This document shows positions 47,161 to 58,709 of a DNA stretch of 64,000 nucleotides, in pieces. Made by a program: the position numbers and the translations under genes. The stretch's first letter is position 1, and each line of letters begins with the position of its first letter. The notes beneath the pieces were generated by a model that was not told where the DNA came from, did not search any database, and saw nothing but the letters and a program-made list of their open reading frames with translations. Source of the DNA: Diplonema japonicum (taxonomy: Eukaryota; Protista; Euglenozoa: Diplonemea); assembly GCA_964019335.1 (NCBI GenBank), contig OZ025701.1:62001-126000 (forward strand), in the 5' to 3' direction.

Positions 47161-48717
47161 TCAGTGCTGCTTTGCGATTGAGATGGTGACGATCTGTCCC
47201 TGGGTGGCGGTTGCCTGGGGCCTGAAGTGGAGGAGGTTGTTGCCGACCTTCTGTACCTGAAGGGAGTTGGGGGGCTGGACTGTGACGGAGGGACCAGCTG
47301 CCCCCGGGTACCTCTCCGGGTAGTAGAAGACCTCGGTGGGGAGGGAGATCCTTGTGTCGATCTTGAAAGTGAGGCTGTAGTCCCCTGTGGTGATGTTGAA
47401 GTTCGAGGTGACGAACCTCCCTGCCACTGCGGGGGCGTAGGTGCGAGCAAGGGTCTCGAGGTTCGCGGAGGGGCTCCCCGTGTCAGGGATGACGCCACCG
47501 TACCCAGTCTTGCAGGCCCCGAAGGCGGCGTACTGCGACGAGCTGTTCAGGGTCGCCGGGGTCTCCTTGCAGAAGTCCTTCCATTCCCACCCTCCCCACG
47601 ACAGCCCGAGGCTCTCCGCGTTGGTGAGGGCCCCGCCCCCGTTCCTCCAGGCGAACGTCTCCGTCAGGAACATCGCTGTCTTCAAGTTCACCGCATCCTT
47701 CTTCCGCGTCTCGAAGTACTTCATGTTGTCGGCGGTGTTCTGCGGGGGTGTGTAGTAGTGGAAGGCGTTCACGCTGCGGTTCGCAAAAGCATCTCCTCCT
47801 GGGGCGTGCTTGAACCCCCAAGGGAGGTTGTCCACGATTGGGCCGCCCGTGCGGTCCCAGGTCGCCCCCGCGAAGAAGACGAGCCCCTCGGTGTCCACAG
47901 AGCGGATGTACCCGTTCAAAACGTCGTACGCAGGCTGCAGCCTCTCCTCGTCCGCGACGCCCGGGGTCAAGAGCTCCGGGTCCACGAACGGGTTCCCGAC
48001 GTAGGGCTCGTTGATGAGCTCGTAACCGAGGAGGTTAGGGGATCCCTTGTAGGTCTCTGCCACTTCCCTCCAGAACTTCCCCCATGCGTCCACAGTCTCC
48101 AGGTGGGTGTACAGGTGCTCGAACGCCGCCCCGCACGCCTCCGTCCCGTACAGGCTGGGCCACGCGTGCTTCGCGCAATCCTGTCTCGTCGGGAGCTTCG
48201 TCGAGGGGTCGTTGTGGTAGGGAAGCGGCCCCACAGGGACCGGGAACGGGACCTCTTGGATATCCGGCGTTGCCCAGAAGGGGATCCCCTCCCCGCAGTA
48301 ACGCTCGCTCAACACGTCCTGGTGCATGTCCGCCAACGTGTAGATCCCGTAGGTCGCCGCTTCCTCGCTGATCTCACGGATCGTGTCGAAGTAGGTGCGG
48401 TTGTACTGGCCCCTCGCGGGCTCCGCTCCAGCCCACATCACCCCGAGGCGGATCCAGTTCACTCCGGAAGCCTTCATCATCTCGAAGTCCTCCTTCACCA
48501 CAGAGGTCTTCGGGTCGTACGCCCCACGAGAAGGGACGTAAGGAGGCCCCTTCACCACAGTGTTCACCCCGTGGAAGAAGCGCTCCCTCCCCTCCGCATC
48601 CACCAGCACCCTGTACCCCTCCTCCGTCATCTTCGTCGAGATCTTGCTCAGGAGGGCTCCCTCGCTGAGAGCCACGAAAATGGACGCTCCCACAAGGAGC
48701 GACACTGAAGTCTTCAT
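47161..48717 (-). CDS. Secreted GH5 endoglycoceramidase-like glycosidase, copy 1 (518 aa)
   Basis: FHGVNTVVKG, IRLGVMWAGAEP, DMHQD, GYELINEP (acid/base), FLTE (nucleophile), LARTYAPAVAG; signal peptide; intronless. Confidence 0.88.
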   Translation of the reverse strand: MKTSVSLLVGASIFVALSEGALLSKISTKMTEEGYRVLVDAEGRERFFHGVNTVVKGPPYVPSRGAYDPKTSVVKEDFEMMKASGVNWIRLGVMWAGAEPARGQYNRTYFDTIREISEEAATYGIYTLADMHQDVLSERYCGEGIPFWATPDIQEVPFPVPVGPLPYHNDPSTKLPTRQDCAKHAWPSLYGTEACGAAFEHLYTHLETVDAWGKFWREVAETYKGSPNLLGYELINEPYVGNPFVDPELLTPGVADEERLQPAYDVLNGYIRSVDTEGLVFFAGATWDRTGGPIVDNLPWGFKHAPGGDAFANRSVNAFHYYTPPQNTADNMKYFETRKKDAVNLKTAMFLTETFAWRNGGGALTNAESLGLSWGGWEWKDFCKETPATLNSSSQYAAFGACKTGYGGVIPDTGSPSANLETLARTYAPAVAGRFVTSNFNITTGDYSLTFKIDTRISLPTEVFYYPERYPGAAGPSVTVQPPNSLQVQKVGNNLLHFRPQATATQGQIVTISIAKQH

Positions 48718-49136
48718 GTTTTGATTTTTGTTATCCCTCCTTAGTATGGATTGAAAGAAGGCGAAGTTCATGAGAAATAAAAGAAAAGAAGAAAGCTACC
48801 GTCGGTTGTGAAACCTGACTCGAGATTGACTTTCGATCATAGTCGGCGTTCGATGGAATTAAAACCTGGTCGCGATACATCAAGCACCCATATTTCCGGT
48901 AAATAAATAAGACTCTGTTTCAAATTTTCTTTTTTTCAAAATCCCTTTGTTGGCGATCTGAGCCCATTCCAACCTCTAAAACCCAAAATAAGGCTATAAA
49001 TGCAGTTTTGTCGTTCAGAGATTGTTTCGGCGTAGCAAAGTAACAAACCCCCAAAGAACCTGCTTCTCGTGTGCTGCAGCACAGTCTTCGTGTACTCGTT
49101 CATTATCGTTAATATCCCTCTAGTAGTACTGCCACG

Positions 49137-49480
49137 CAGTCCATGTGCATCTCGTGTGGACAGAAGGAACCTGTCCCCACCTCGCCCGATCATCGTGGGG
49201 AGGAACTTCGAGTCATGCTTGTCGATGAAGCCACCTGTAACTGTCGTACGAGCCTAAAGTCCCGCTCATAGCCCCTAGTGCCATCACTGCGAACATCTTT
49301 CCGTGGGTCATGTTGTTGTTGTTGTTGTTGTTGTAGTTGTTGCGTGTGTGAAAACTGTGGTTGTTGTATTAACCGATGTTTCGTTAGGACAAACTTAATA
49401 TAAAGAGTCACTTCGAATGTCGAGAAATAGAGAGGGAGTAAGCAAAAGGGGAACAAAATGAGAAGTGGGGGAAGAATGCA
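49137..49480 (-). pseudogene. Deleted pseudogene copy of the Cys-rich gene at 49697-50620, including its upstream region
   Basis: Near-identical MTHGKM start and ~150 nt of upstream sequence; internal blocks match ~50187-50300 with deletions and frameshifts. Confidence 0.85.
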
Positions 49481-49696
49481 CCCCAACGGACGACGAGCAG
49501 GGAGAGGGCCCGATCATTTTAATCTTTTTAGAAAGTGTCTTTCGCTGAGTCATGCTGAACGGAGAGAGCTCACTCCAGCTTCCGTAACACAGCTGACATA
49601 GATGTATGTAGTGATAGGAAAGAGAGGAAAAAATAGGAAAGAAAGTGGTTTCAGAAGAATGATGAAATAGATGAGGCTTGGCTGCCTTGACCCTGC

Positions 49697-50620
49697 TCAT
49701 GGGATAGTCTTGATGGCAGGGATGAACCTGACTTCAGAAGGGTCATGGGGGCACACACGGCACCTGTCCTGCACGTTCCAAGGACCGTGAGGTTTGCTGG
49801 GCTTGGGGCACATGTGCCTCTGGCACTCACCGTCCCTCCAAGCACACTCACCAGGAAGAGTGTTCCAGCAAGAGTCCTCATCGCCGTAGGAAGCGCAGTT
49901 CGCGGTGGCAGGTGAATAAGCGAAGAACGTGAACTCCATAAGTTCAGGTGCCTTGACCACATCGGTCGTACCCTCCGCTGCGAGCTTGTGGTAGATAACA
50001 AGGTTGTGAAGGTGGCTGTCCACGTTCACGTCCAAGTCCATCACCGTCCCACAGCGGTAGGGGGTGAACCCGTCAGCAAGGAGGATCGAGTGTATGTTCC
50101 CACCGTCCTCGAACGGGCAGGGGGGGCAGCTGTACACCATCACGAAGTGGTCGCACATCTTCCCCGCACCACCAAACCCGGTCACACAGTCCATGTGCAT
50201 CTCGTAGTTTTCCTTCGTGCGGACAGAAGGAACCTGTCCCCACCTCCCGATCATCGTGGGGGGGAAGTTAAGGAACCTCGAGTCGTCCATGTCGGTGAAA
50301 CCCTTCATCCCGTTGATGATGCGTGTTGCCTTGGTCCCGCTGCTGGGGGCACTGGGGTCGGGGTTGATCTCGTGCCCCACTCCGAAACCTGCATTCGGAT
50401 TGGACACGACGCAGTCGTCTGCGCTGCTGACACCGCTGCTCCCGCCACACGGGATCCTGCAGCTCTGACCGTCGCCTCGCACGCAACGCCCGTTCACCTT
50501 CTTTGCACCAAGGCAAGTGAAGCTGTCGCACGAGCCTTCTTGAGTCCCGCTCATCCCGTTCCCAGCTGCACTCCCTGCAAAGGCAAGTGCCATCACTGCG
50601 AGCATCTTTCCGTGGGTCAT
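49697..50620 (-). CDS. Secreted Cys-rich protein of unknown family (307 aa)
   Basis: Signal peptide MTHGKMLAVMALAFAGSAAG; many Cys; intronless; GC3-rich. Confidence 0.75.
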   Translation of the reverse strand: MTHGKMLAVMALAFAGSAAGNGMSGTQEGSCDSFTCLGAKKVNGRCVRGDGQSCRIPCGGSSGVSSADDCVVSNPNAGFGVGHEINPDPSAPSSGTKATRIINGMKGFTDMDDSRFLNFPPTMIGRWGQVPSVRTKENYEMHMDCVTGFGGAGKMCDHFVMVYSCPPCPFEDGGNIHSILLADGFTPYRCGTVMDLDVNVDSHLHNLVIYHKLAAEGTTDVVKAPELMEFTFFAYSPATANCASYGDEDSCWNTLPGECAWRDGECQRHMCPKPSKPHGPWNVQDRCRVCPHDPSEVRFIPAIKTIP

Positions 50621-51863
50621 GTTGTTGTGAGTGTAGTTGTAGTTGTTGCGTGTGTGAAAACTGTGGTTGTTGTATTAACCTATGTTTCGTTGGGGCTAAT
50701 CTAATATAAAGAGTCGCTTCGAATGTCGAGAAATAGAGAGGGAGTAATCAAAAGGGGGACGAATGCACCCGGACTGCGGGCAGGAAGAGCCTGAAATTGA
50801 TTTTTTAGAATCTTTTACATAGAATAGGATTATTTAGCTGTTTTCCCCCTTATTTGGGCGGGTTTTGAGGCACACAGAGTTGATGAGAACTGAAGGCACG
50901 CACACAAACGATGAAACACAACCTCTTAACCTGAGAACGTACTTTCGATGAAAGTCGGACGACTCGACTCTCCCTCAACTTGGCAGGGATCGAAGAGAAT
51001 ACCGCGTCCACAGCCACAACCACAAGCTGTACAGTCGCGACAAAGCCCGCCATGTAGAACAGGGAGAACAGCCTTCTGAGCTTTGTTAAAAAGAAGCATT
51101 GGAATCCACGTGTACATACTTTTTCCTTTTACTTAAACCAGAGAACTCAGTTTGGGTTACTGGCCTGAACAGGTTGAAAGAAGAACCTGCGGCCTTGTCC
51201 GAACGGGGGAAAAAAAAAACGGAGGTTGCTGGGGGACACACATCGACTGAAAATGAATACTGGTAGAAATGGGAAAAAAAAGAAATGCGACCGACACAAA
51301 AGGGAGAAGTAGAAACCCCTCCCTCACCTGTGTGCTCTTGTCCTTCGTCCTTCCAGAGCAGGTGATCAGACAAACTCTAGCACATGGCTCCATCAGTTCT
51401 TATTCAACCCCGCTCCTGTTTGCGTCTGGTACGCCTCTCTCGTACTTCATCTTCTCGTCTTTTGGAACCTGGGTGTAGTTACGAGGGTAATATAACAAAA
51501 TAGCATAGATACTCACGCATGAACCAACAGTGTTTTTCTCTTAAGGGTCCAAGCCAGCCAGTGGATGAAAGTTTTGCTCGCTTGCAAAACAAGCTCATTA
51601 TCATCTTCAACCAGCACACTATCATAACAACTGGCTGACCTGCTTGGATTCCCTCGTTTGACTTAGTTTTAAAAAAAAAAGAAGACTTGTGCACGGTTGA
51701 AGAACAAAAGAAACCAGATACAAAAAAAACGGGGGGGTTTTTTTTAAAGTCTCTATCTGATGCCCGATATTCTGCAAGAAGCAAACAAAGTAATTTCAGC
51801 AGAAGGCAACGACCTGACAAAGAAGGGGGAGGTGGGGGGGACAGAGACACGAAAAATTAGGGT

Positions 51864-52335
51864 TCCGGATCCGCTAAGTGACCCGCTAAGAGTCAGGCCT
51901 GACCTCGTCTGAACTGGGAACAAAAGCATCGGCATTCCCCGCCAGTTGCTTGCGTTGTCCCTCTTGCGGGGCCCTGGATTTCGACAACTGCACCACGACT
52001 TCCGAGGAAACCAGGTTTCACGAAACTCGGGTGCTTCACCCTGCAGTTCTACTTTCTTCAGAAACGACTACGGTGGTGCAGACGGCGAAGGACGAAGTAC
52101 GCACTACTCGCAGGTGCGGAAGTCTCAGCTCGAAGTGCATCCTTGGCGACTGAAGATTCTGTGGAAAGAAACAGCAGAAGCCACAGTACTCCACACTATG
52201 TTGGATGCGTGAGCGGAGATGGCCCCCGAAAATATATTCCACATGGCGCACATTCCGGCCCTAGAAAAAAAGCAATTGGAAATTTCTTTAGCCCGGCAGG
52301 TTGTTTTTTCTGATAGGTCACTTAGCGGATCCGGA
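51864..52335. mobile_element. MITE-like element
   Basis: Perfect 20-bp inverted repeat TCCGGATCCGCTAAGTGACC at 51864-51883 and 52316-52335; TA a few nt outside each end. Confidence 0.6.
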
Positions 52336-52962
52336 GCGTAGACATATAAAGGTTCGCGCCTTCGCACTCAACAGCCAGCCTGGCGGCAAAAAGAAAAGGA
52401 AAATAAAAGAAGATAAAGGCACCTATTAGTCACTACGCACGTCTGGCGTACGTGTATCGCCTAAAAGGAATGCATAAACAAAATGAAGGAAACAATGATT
52501 TCAAAACAAAGGGAATAGTGAACCCATTTCGGGCTATCCCTGCTGCCTCGAAACGTGGTGCTACTTCGCAGAGGACACAAGCGAGCATGAAGGCTGATGG
52601 CGCAGTTCTATCTCGCCACTGCGCCGCATTGTGCGAACTTACTCTCACTTAGATCCAGTGGTGGCAGTGTTTACTCGCTCAAAACGAATTACCGCGTATT
52701 AACAAAAGAAGCCAAGGCTGGCGGTTAGCTGAAGACATTAATCCTTCCGCTAGTCTAGAAGTCAGAATCAGACTTCAAAAAAGTATCTGAAACAAAAAAT
52801 TGAAAAGAGAAGCAGGGAGGGGAGGGGGTTCGCCACACTATTGGAAGAGAGAAAGAAACGTTTACAAATGTTTAGCACAAGACACACACGCATGTACATG
52901 CACACCGACACGCGGAGTGAGGAAATTTCGTTTTCTCACAGCATGAAGAAAAGCTATTCAGC

Positions 52963-54519
52963 TCAGTGCTGCTTTGCGATTGAGATGGTGACGATCTGTC
53001 CCTGGGTGGCGGTTGCCTGGGGCCTGAAGTGGAGGAGGTTGTTGCCGACCTTCTGTACCTGAAGGGAGTTGGGGGGCTGGACTGTGACGGAGGGACCAGC
53101 TGCCCCCGGGTACCTCTCCGGGTAGTAGAAGACCTCGGTGGGGAGGGAGATCCTTGTGTCGATCTTGAAAGTGAGGCTGTAGTCCCCTGTGGTGATGTTG
53201 AAGTTCGAGGTGACGAACCTCCCTGCCACTGCGGGGGCGTAGGTGCGAGCAAGGGTCTCGAGGTTCGCGGAGGGGCTCCCCGTGTCAGGGATGACGCCAC
53301 CGTACCCAGTCTTGCAGGCCCCGAAGGCGGCGTACTGCGACGAGCTGTTCAGGGTCGCCGGGGTCTCCTTGCAGAAGTCCTTCCATTCCCACCCTCCCCA
53401 CGACAGCCCGAGGCTCTCCGCGTTGGTGAGGGCCCCGCCCCCGTTCCTCCAGGCGAACGTCTCCGTCAGGAACATCGCTGTCTTCAAGTTCACCGCATCC
53501 TTCTTCCGCGTCTCGAAGTACTTCATGTTGTCGGCGGTGTTCTGCGGGGGTGTGTAGTAGTGGAAGGCGTTCACGCTGCGGTTCGCAAAAGCATCTCCTC
53601 CTGGGGCGTGCTTGAACCCCCAAGGGAGGTTGTCCACGATTGGGCCGCCCGTGCGGTCCCAGGTCGCCCCCGCGAAGAAGACGAGCCCCTCGGTGTCCAC
53701 AGAGCGGATGTACCCGTTCAAAACGTCGTACGCAGGCTGCAGCCTCTCCTCGTCCGCGACGCCCGGGGTCAAGAGCTCCGGGTCCACGAACGGGTTCCCG
53801 ACGTAGGGCTCGTTGATGAGCTCGTAACCGAGGAGGTTAGGGGATCCCTTGTAGGTCTCTGCCACTTCCCTCCAGAACTTCCCCCATGCGTCCACAGTCT
53901 CCAGGTGGGTGTACAGGTGCTCGAACGCCGCCCCGCACGCCTCCGTCCCGTACAGGCTGGGCCACGCGTGCTTCGCGCAATCCTGTCTCGTCGGGAGCTT
54001 CGTCGAGGGGTCGTTGTGGTAGGGAAGCGGCCCCACAGGGACCGGGAACGGGACCTCTTGGATATCCGGCGTTGCCCAGAAGGGGATCCCCTCCCCGCAG
54101 TAACGCTCGCTCAACACGTCCTGGTGCATGTCCGCCAACGTGTAGATCCCGTAGGTCGCCGCTTCCTCGCTGATCTCACGGATCGTGTCGAAGTAGGTGC
54201 GGTTGTACTGGCCCCTCGCGGGCTCCGCTCCAGCCCACATCACCCCGAGGCGGATCCAGTTCACTCCGGAAGCCTTCATCATCTCGAAGTCCTCCTTCAC
54301 CACAGAGGTCTTCGGGTCGTACGCCCCACGAGAAGGGACGTAAGGAGGCCCCTTCACCACAGTGTTCACCCCGTGGAAGAAGCGCTCCCTCCCCTCCGCA
54401 TCCACCAGCACCCTGTACCCCTCCTCCGTCATCTTCGTCGAGATCTTGCTCAGGAGGGCTCCCTCGCTGAGAGCCACGAAAATGGACGCTCCCACAAGGA
54501 GCGACAGTGATGTCATCAT
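52963..54519 (-). CDS. Secreted GH5 endoglycoceramidase-like glycosidase, copy 2
   Basis: Same as copy 1 apart from the first five codons; offset 5802 nt. Confidence 0.88.
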   Translation of the reverse strand: MMTSLSLLVGASIFVALSEGALLSKISTKMTEEGYRVLVDAEGRERFFHGVNTVVKGPPYVPSRGAYDPKTSVVKEDFEMMKASGVNWIRLGVMWAGAEPARGQYNRTYFDTIREISEEAATYGIYTLADMHQDVLSERYCGEGIPFWATPDIQEVPFPVPVGPLPYHNDPSTKLPTRQDCAKHAWPSLYGTEACGAAFEHLYTHLETVDAWGKFWREVAETYKGSPNLLGYELINEPYVGNPFVDPELLTPGVADEERLQPAYDVLNGYIRSVDTEGLVFFAGATWDRTGGPIVDNLPWGFKHAPGGDAFANRSVNAFHYYTPPQNTADNMKYFETRKKDAVNLKTAMFLTETFAWRNGGGALTNAESLGLSWGGWEWKDFCKETPATLNSSSQYAAFGACKTGYGGVIPDTGSPSANLETLARTYAPAVAGRFVTSNFNITTGDYSLTFKIDTRISLPTEVFYYPERYPGAAGPSVTVQPPNSLQVQKVGNNLLHFRPQATATQGQIVTISIAKQH

Positions 54520-54606
54520 TGTTTTAATTAGCTTTCCCTGTATTCGTGATGATGATGAGGTGAAGTTAATCTAAACAAAAATAAAAAGTGAACATATGAA
54601 TACACG

Positions 54607-55050
54607 TCATTTAAGACTTCTAACGGTCGGGCCGAACGCAAGACTGGGTACATAGGGTAAACGGGACGGGGGGACGGGCGGAGACAGCGCCCTCTCGTCG
54701 AGGACTGGGGGGGACATTCTGTGATGGTGCACGGGTGGTGCGGGAGGCGGTGCTGGCTTGCTGTAGAGCCATTGGTCCCTGTCGTCAAGAACGCTGAGGT
54801 ACTCTTCACGAAGGTCGGCAAGGTGGGTGTACACCGCTTCACGGTCTTCGTTGGCCTGCCTTGCCATCTCCATCATGGCCTGCTTCGTCGCAAGCACAAC
54901 GTAGAGCTTCCAACCCTGAAAGCACTTTCGCACCAATCCAGTTTCAGCCCATCTTCTAATGCACCATAGCCCCTGTTCACGGAGCCTGATCACCTCGTTA
55001 GGCATAGGCGGCCGTAGCTCTACTTCGTAGTCAGGATCGAGCTGCCACAT
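54607..55050 (-). CDS. Hypothetical protein (147 aa), coiled coil plus Pro-rich tail
   Basis: ATG-started ORF after an AG acceptor, on the cluster strand. Confidence 0.6.
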   Translation of the reverse strand: MWQLDPDYEVELRPPMPNEVIRLREQGLWCIRRWAETGLVRKCFQGWKLYVVLATKQAMMEMARQANEDREAVYTHLADLREEYLSVLDDRDQWLYSKPAPPPAPPVHHHRMSPPVLDERALSPPVPPSRLPYVPSLAFGPTVRSLK

Positions 55051-55978
55051 GGTTGCGCCATCTACTATATTGATTGGAGGGATGCCTTTTTGTGTTTCGT
55101 GGTGCTAAGTGTGAGAACAGGAAGGGGATGGGAAAAAAAATATAGAGATATTAAAAATGGTTTCTTTTTTCTTTTCTTTTCTCTTTTACTTTCTTCTTTT
55201 TTTCATTTTGGACTGAAACGTGCGTATTTTCGTCAAACAGAAAAAAAGTAGTGTAAAAAGGTGTAAAAAAAGAAGGAGAGTGGAGGGAAGGTGCCTTTTT
55301 CTTTCCAATATAACCTTCGGGCCTCAATATGAGCCAAGCATTATTTTCGGGAGGGGAGTAGATATCCTAAGGGCGTGTTTAAAACGGATGCAGAGATATA
55401 GCGCTGCAAGAAATTGTACAGAAAGTAGAAGCACGAAGCACTACTGACACCTTTTTTTTTTTTTTGCTGGAACAAGTAAACAAATTTTTGAAAAGAATTG
55501 TTATTGCAAAAAAGAGTAGAGGCAGCTTGTCCGTTTATCCCTACTGTAGGTGAAAACGGCTTGCACAAACAAAAAATATGGCTTGCGCAGACATCGACCC
55601 GTCGGAGTTATCGGTTATACTATACCCGGAGGGGGCCCCCGCGGCGCCGGCGGACCCGGCTTGCACAAACAATCAGCCGACTCTTTTTTGTTAAATCCAT
55701 ATTTGCATTTTGAATAAAGAGAAGGAAAAAATAGAGTTGAGAATCAGATACCATTGACTCTCTGAAACAAGGAGAAAAAAAAAATTGGCTAGGCTGGAGA
55801 ATAAATTTGAAAAAAAAAAGAGATGAGATAAAGGAGGTTCCTGTTTTGGAACGTCCCCCTTGTCTCTACGTATCTACCCCTTTCTCCCTTCTGGGGCCTC
55901 GGCCTTTCTTTCTTTTTTGGCTGTGTTGCCTTTCTCAAAGTATCCTCTCTTTCTTCTTGCCACTTTCTGCCCAGTTTC

Positions 55979-56870
55979 TTAAGGTCCTTCTTGGTTTTCT
56001 CTGATGCAAAAACTGGCCTTCTGTTCCTGGCACCTAAGCTGGTACCGCTTCTTCGGCTGCTGCTTCTCGCAGCCGTCGCACCACCACCTCCCCTGCTTCT
56101 TCTCGCCCTCGTCGCGGTCTGGGTAGATGTGGGCGTGCCTGTCCGTGTCTCTTTCCCTCTGCCTTCGCTCGGTGTCCCTCGCTTGGCTTCGGCTCTTCGA
56201 CTTCGACGACGCCCTCGACTTCGTCTTGGCCCTCAACTTCGTCTTGGCCCTCGAGGTCGTCGTCTCCGCCGCGTATCCTGCCGTGGCCTGTTCCTCCCAG
56301 ACGGGGATCTCATCCTCGGCTTCGGTGATGGTGTCGTCTCCCTTGGTGACTTCCCTCCAACCTTCCGTTTCTTCTCTGTTGGCTTCCCAGAGAGCTTCTC
56401 CAGCATTGCCTTCAGTTCTTGCACTTCCTTTCTGAGAGCTACCACCTCCTGTTCGAGCATCTCTTCTTTTTTCGTGGGGCCTTGCAGTTGCTGCTGCTCC
56501 TTCTGTTGTTGTTCCCGCGTGTGCTGCTTTCCTTGTTGCTGTTGTTTTTCTTGCTGCGGGTGCTGTTGCTCAGGTGCTGCCTTCCCAGCTTCGGCCCACG
56601 CCTTCTGCCCGTGTGTCTTCCCGTATAGCGCCAGGAACTGCCGCGCCTTTCGGGAGACCTCGGATGTCGTAGGTGGTCTTTCTGACAACCCCAGGCCCCC
56701 CTTTCCCTCCTCTCGATCTTCCAGGGACCGTCCTCGTTCCCTCGGTCCCCTCCTGCTCCGGTGCCATCCAGATTAGGAAATCCATGACAGATTCCCCCTT
56801 CTTGCCTTCCCTCTCCATGTGTGGCCCTACGTGCACTCCCGTCAGGCCCGCCTTGCCGAGAAAAGCCATC
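55979..56870 (-). pseudogene. Frameshifted coding relic (Q-rich, coiled coil, WWCDGC), possibly a retroelement ORF1
   Basis: Three overlapping frames that change without splice signals; abuts the piggyBac. Confidence 0.35.
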
Positions 56871-56930
56871 ACACTCTTAAAAAAAAAAATTAACACCTAA
56901 GCGGTACGGGTGCTGCCTCAATTTAAATAA

Positions 56931-58707
56931 CCCCTAAAGGACCGGAGCCTATCTACGGTACCCCCCCCATTTTCGTTGTTGCTTTAAATACTCAAAAAAA
57001 GGGCAGCATGCAACCATAGGAAGGTGCAAGGAAAGGGTAAACGGTACTAAAATTTTCAATTCCAGGTGCCAGATTCAGATGAGAACACTTAACTATGTGT
57101 GTAAGAGGGGGGTTGAGGGTGTACTTTTTATGTCCGATTTTGGGGGGTCTTGTCGTGGGGGGTCCGTGGAGTTATGGCTGGGCTAAAAAGGGCAGCATTC
57201 AGCCCTATTTGGTGCCCTGAACTCTAGGATTGAGGTCAGTCTGGAGACTTTTTGGGGCTGTGGATGAAAAAAGCAACTCGTGAGTTTTTTTTCCAGCTGG
57301 GGTAGCATGCAAGGGTAAAAAACACGTTTTGCATAAGGGGTTTGCAACAGGGGTACCACGTTTGCACCTTCTTCCCGCACCCAGGAACAGCACACAGCAC
57401 CCTCCTCACCTTCGTTCCGTTCATCATGGTCTCGGAGGTGTGATCTAGGGTCAAATCGAGACGTTTTGGGTATTTCTAAGTGAGGGAATCCTCATTGCTA
57501 GCGTGTTTGCGCTTGGGGGTTGGTGACGGTGTTGTCGGGGGTGTGTGCTATCGGTTTTTGGGGCATGGGTGAAAAGCTTGCCAACAAGTTCTTCTTTGAA
57601 GCTCGGGAAGCCATAACTTTTGCCACATTCCCTGCTCTTCTTCCAGATTATGGAGGAGTTGGCAACACAGCTTTCCAGGACCCAATAAAAAACGACCATG
57701 GTCCACTTCCGGGTTTTCATATACCGAACTCCAGTCCCCTGGAGCTGGTCTTGCCAGTCAGGGGTCGACAGCAAACCCTTAGGAGTCGACAGTACGCATG
57801 ACTAGGTCCTGTGTTGTGGACTTCTTGCTGAAAATATTGAAATTCGCCAGGTAACCGCTTTATGAGTCGCATGTATCGATTACCTTGATGCCCACCGAGT
57901 TGTTTTTTCGTGGTGCCATGACTTTTATAGTTGTCGGGATAACACTGTCGTCAACAGACAACCACTTGCCAGGGGTCCGCACAGTCCTACACCGGTTGAC
58001 AATGATGTCAAGAAACCTGCACATGAGGTGCAGTTTCAGGCCTTACTGATGTTTTCCAGGTTGTCAAAGGTGAGGTAGCGCTGTATGTCAACGAATCGGT
58101 TTGCTCATTTTCTCAAAAGCCAGGGATGGTTAAAATAGAATTTGTTGTCCAGTAGCTCTTCATATTCGGTGCCGAGCGTAAACCCATTAACAGGACCAAC
58201 CCAAGCCAAATTTTGTACTCTGGGATGGAAAGATTCAGATTCCGCTGCTTTTTTGAATCGAAACGACCGTTCGTGGAAGAAACTATGAGCTCAAGTACCG
58301 CGTGTGTAAAAAAAATGATTAAAAACACCCCCCTCATTGGCCGCTTCACCTAAGCCCACCTTTTCACGGAAATGATATGTTTCGGGCCTTTGGGAGTATT
58401 TCTCCCACCCAAGCATCGTTTCCGGCCCCTCTTTGACCGCCTCACCGTCTTTTTCTTCTTTTTCTGACCAGTCGGGGGAGACTCACGTTTTCGCTGCTAT
58501 TTTGACCATCCGATTTCATTTTAAGCCAACCCTGCCGGTTTCAATTAAAACAAAACTTTTAACGCAAAATGTAGTTCCAAGACAAAATAAACCGCGCAAC
58601 AATGCCATAATTTGAAGTCCAGGGGCCGTGTTCAAAAAAAAAAGTACTTAGCGAAAAAAAGCAAATTTTGAAATAAGGACAAAAACGTCCGCGCGGGCCT
58701 TTAGGGG
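56931..58707 (-). mobile_element. Decayed piggyBac-family transposon
   Basis: TIR CCCCTAAAGG(A/C)CCG at both ends with ATAA on both flanks; transposase fragments FFTHAVLELIVSSTN..EYKIWLGLVLLMG..KSYWT, PGKWLSVDDSVIP, KTRKWTMVVFYWVLESCVANS, Cys-rich tail. Confidence 0.88.
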
Positions 58708-58709
58708 AT

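Noticed and set aside
47227-48708. 493-aa plus-strand ORF, and its twin at 53029-54510
   Set aside because: Antisense shadow of a GC3-rich gene; no recognisable motifs
51380-51680. Possible small spliced gene
   Set aside because: Splice-like signals exist but every frame ends early; at most a relic
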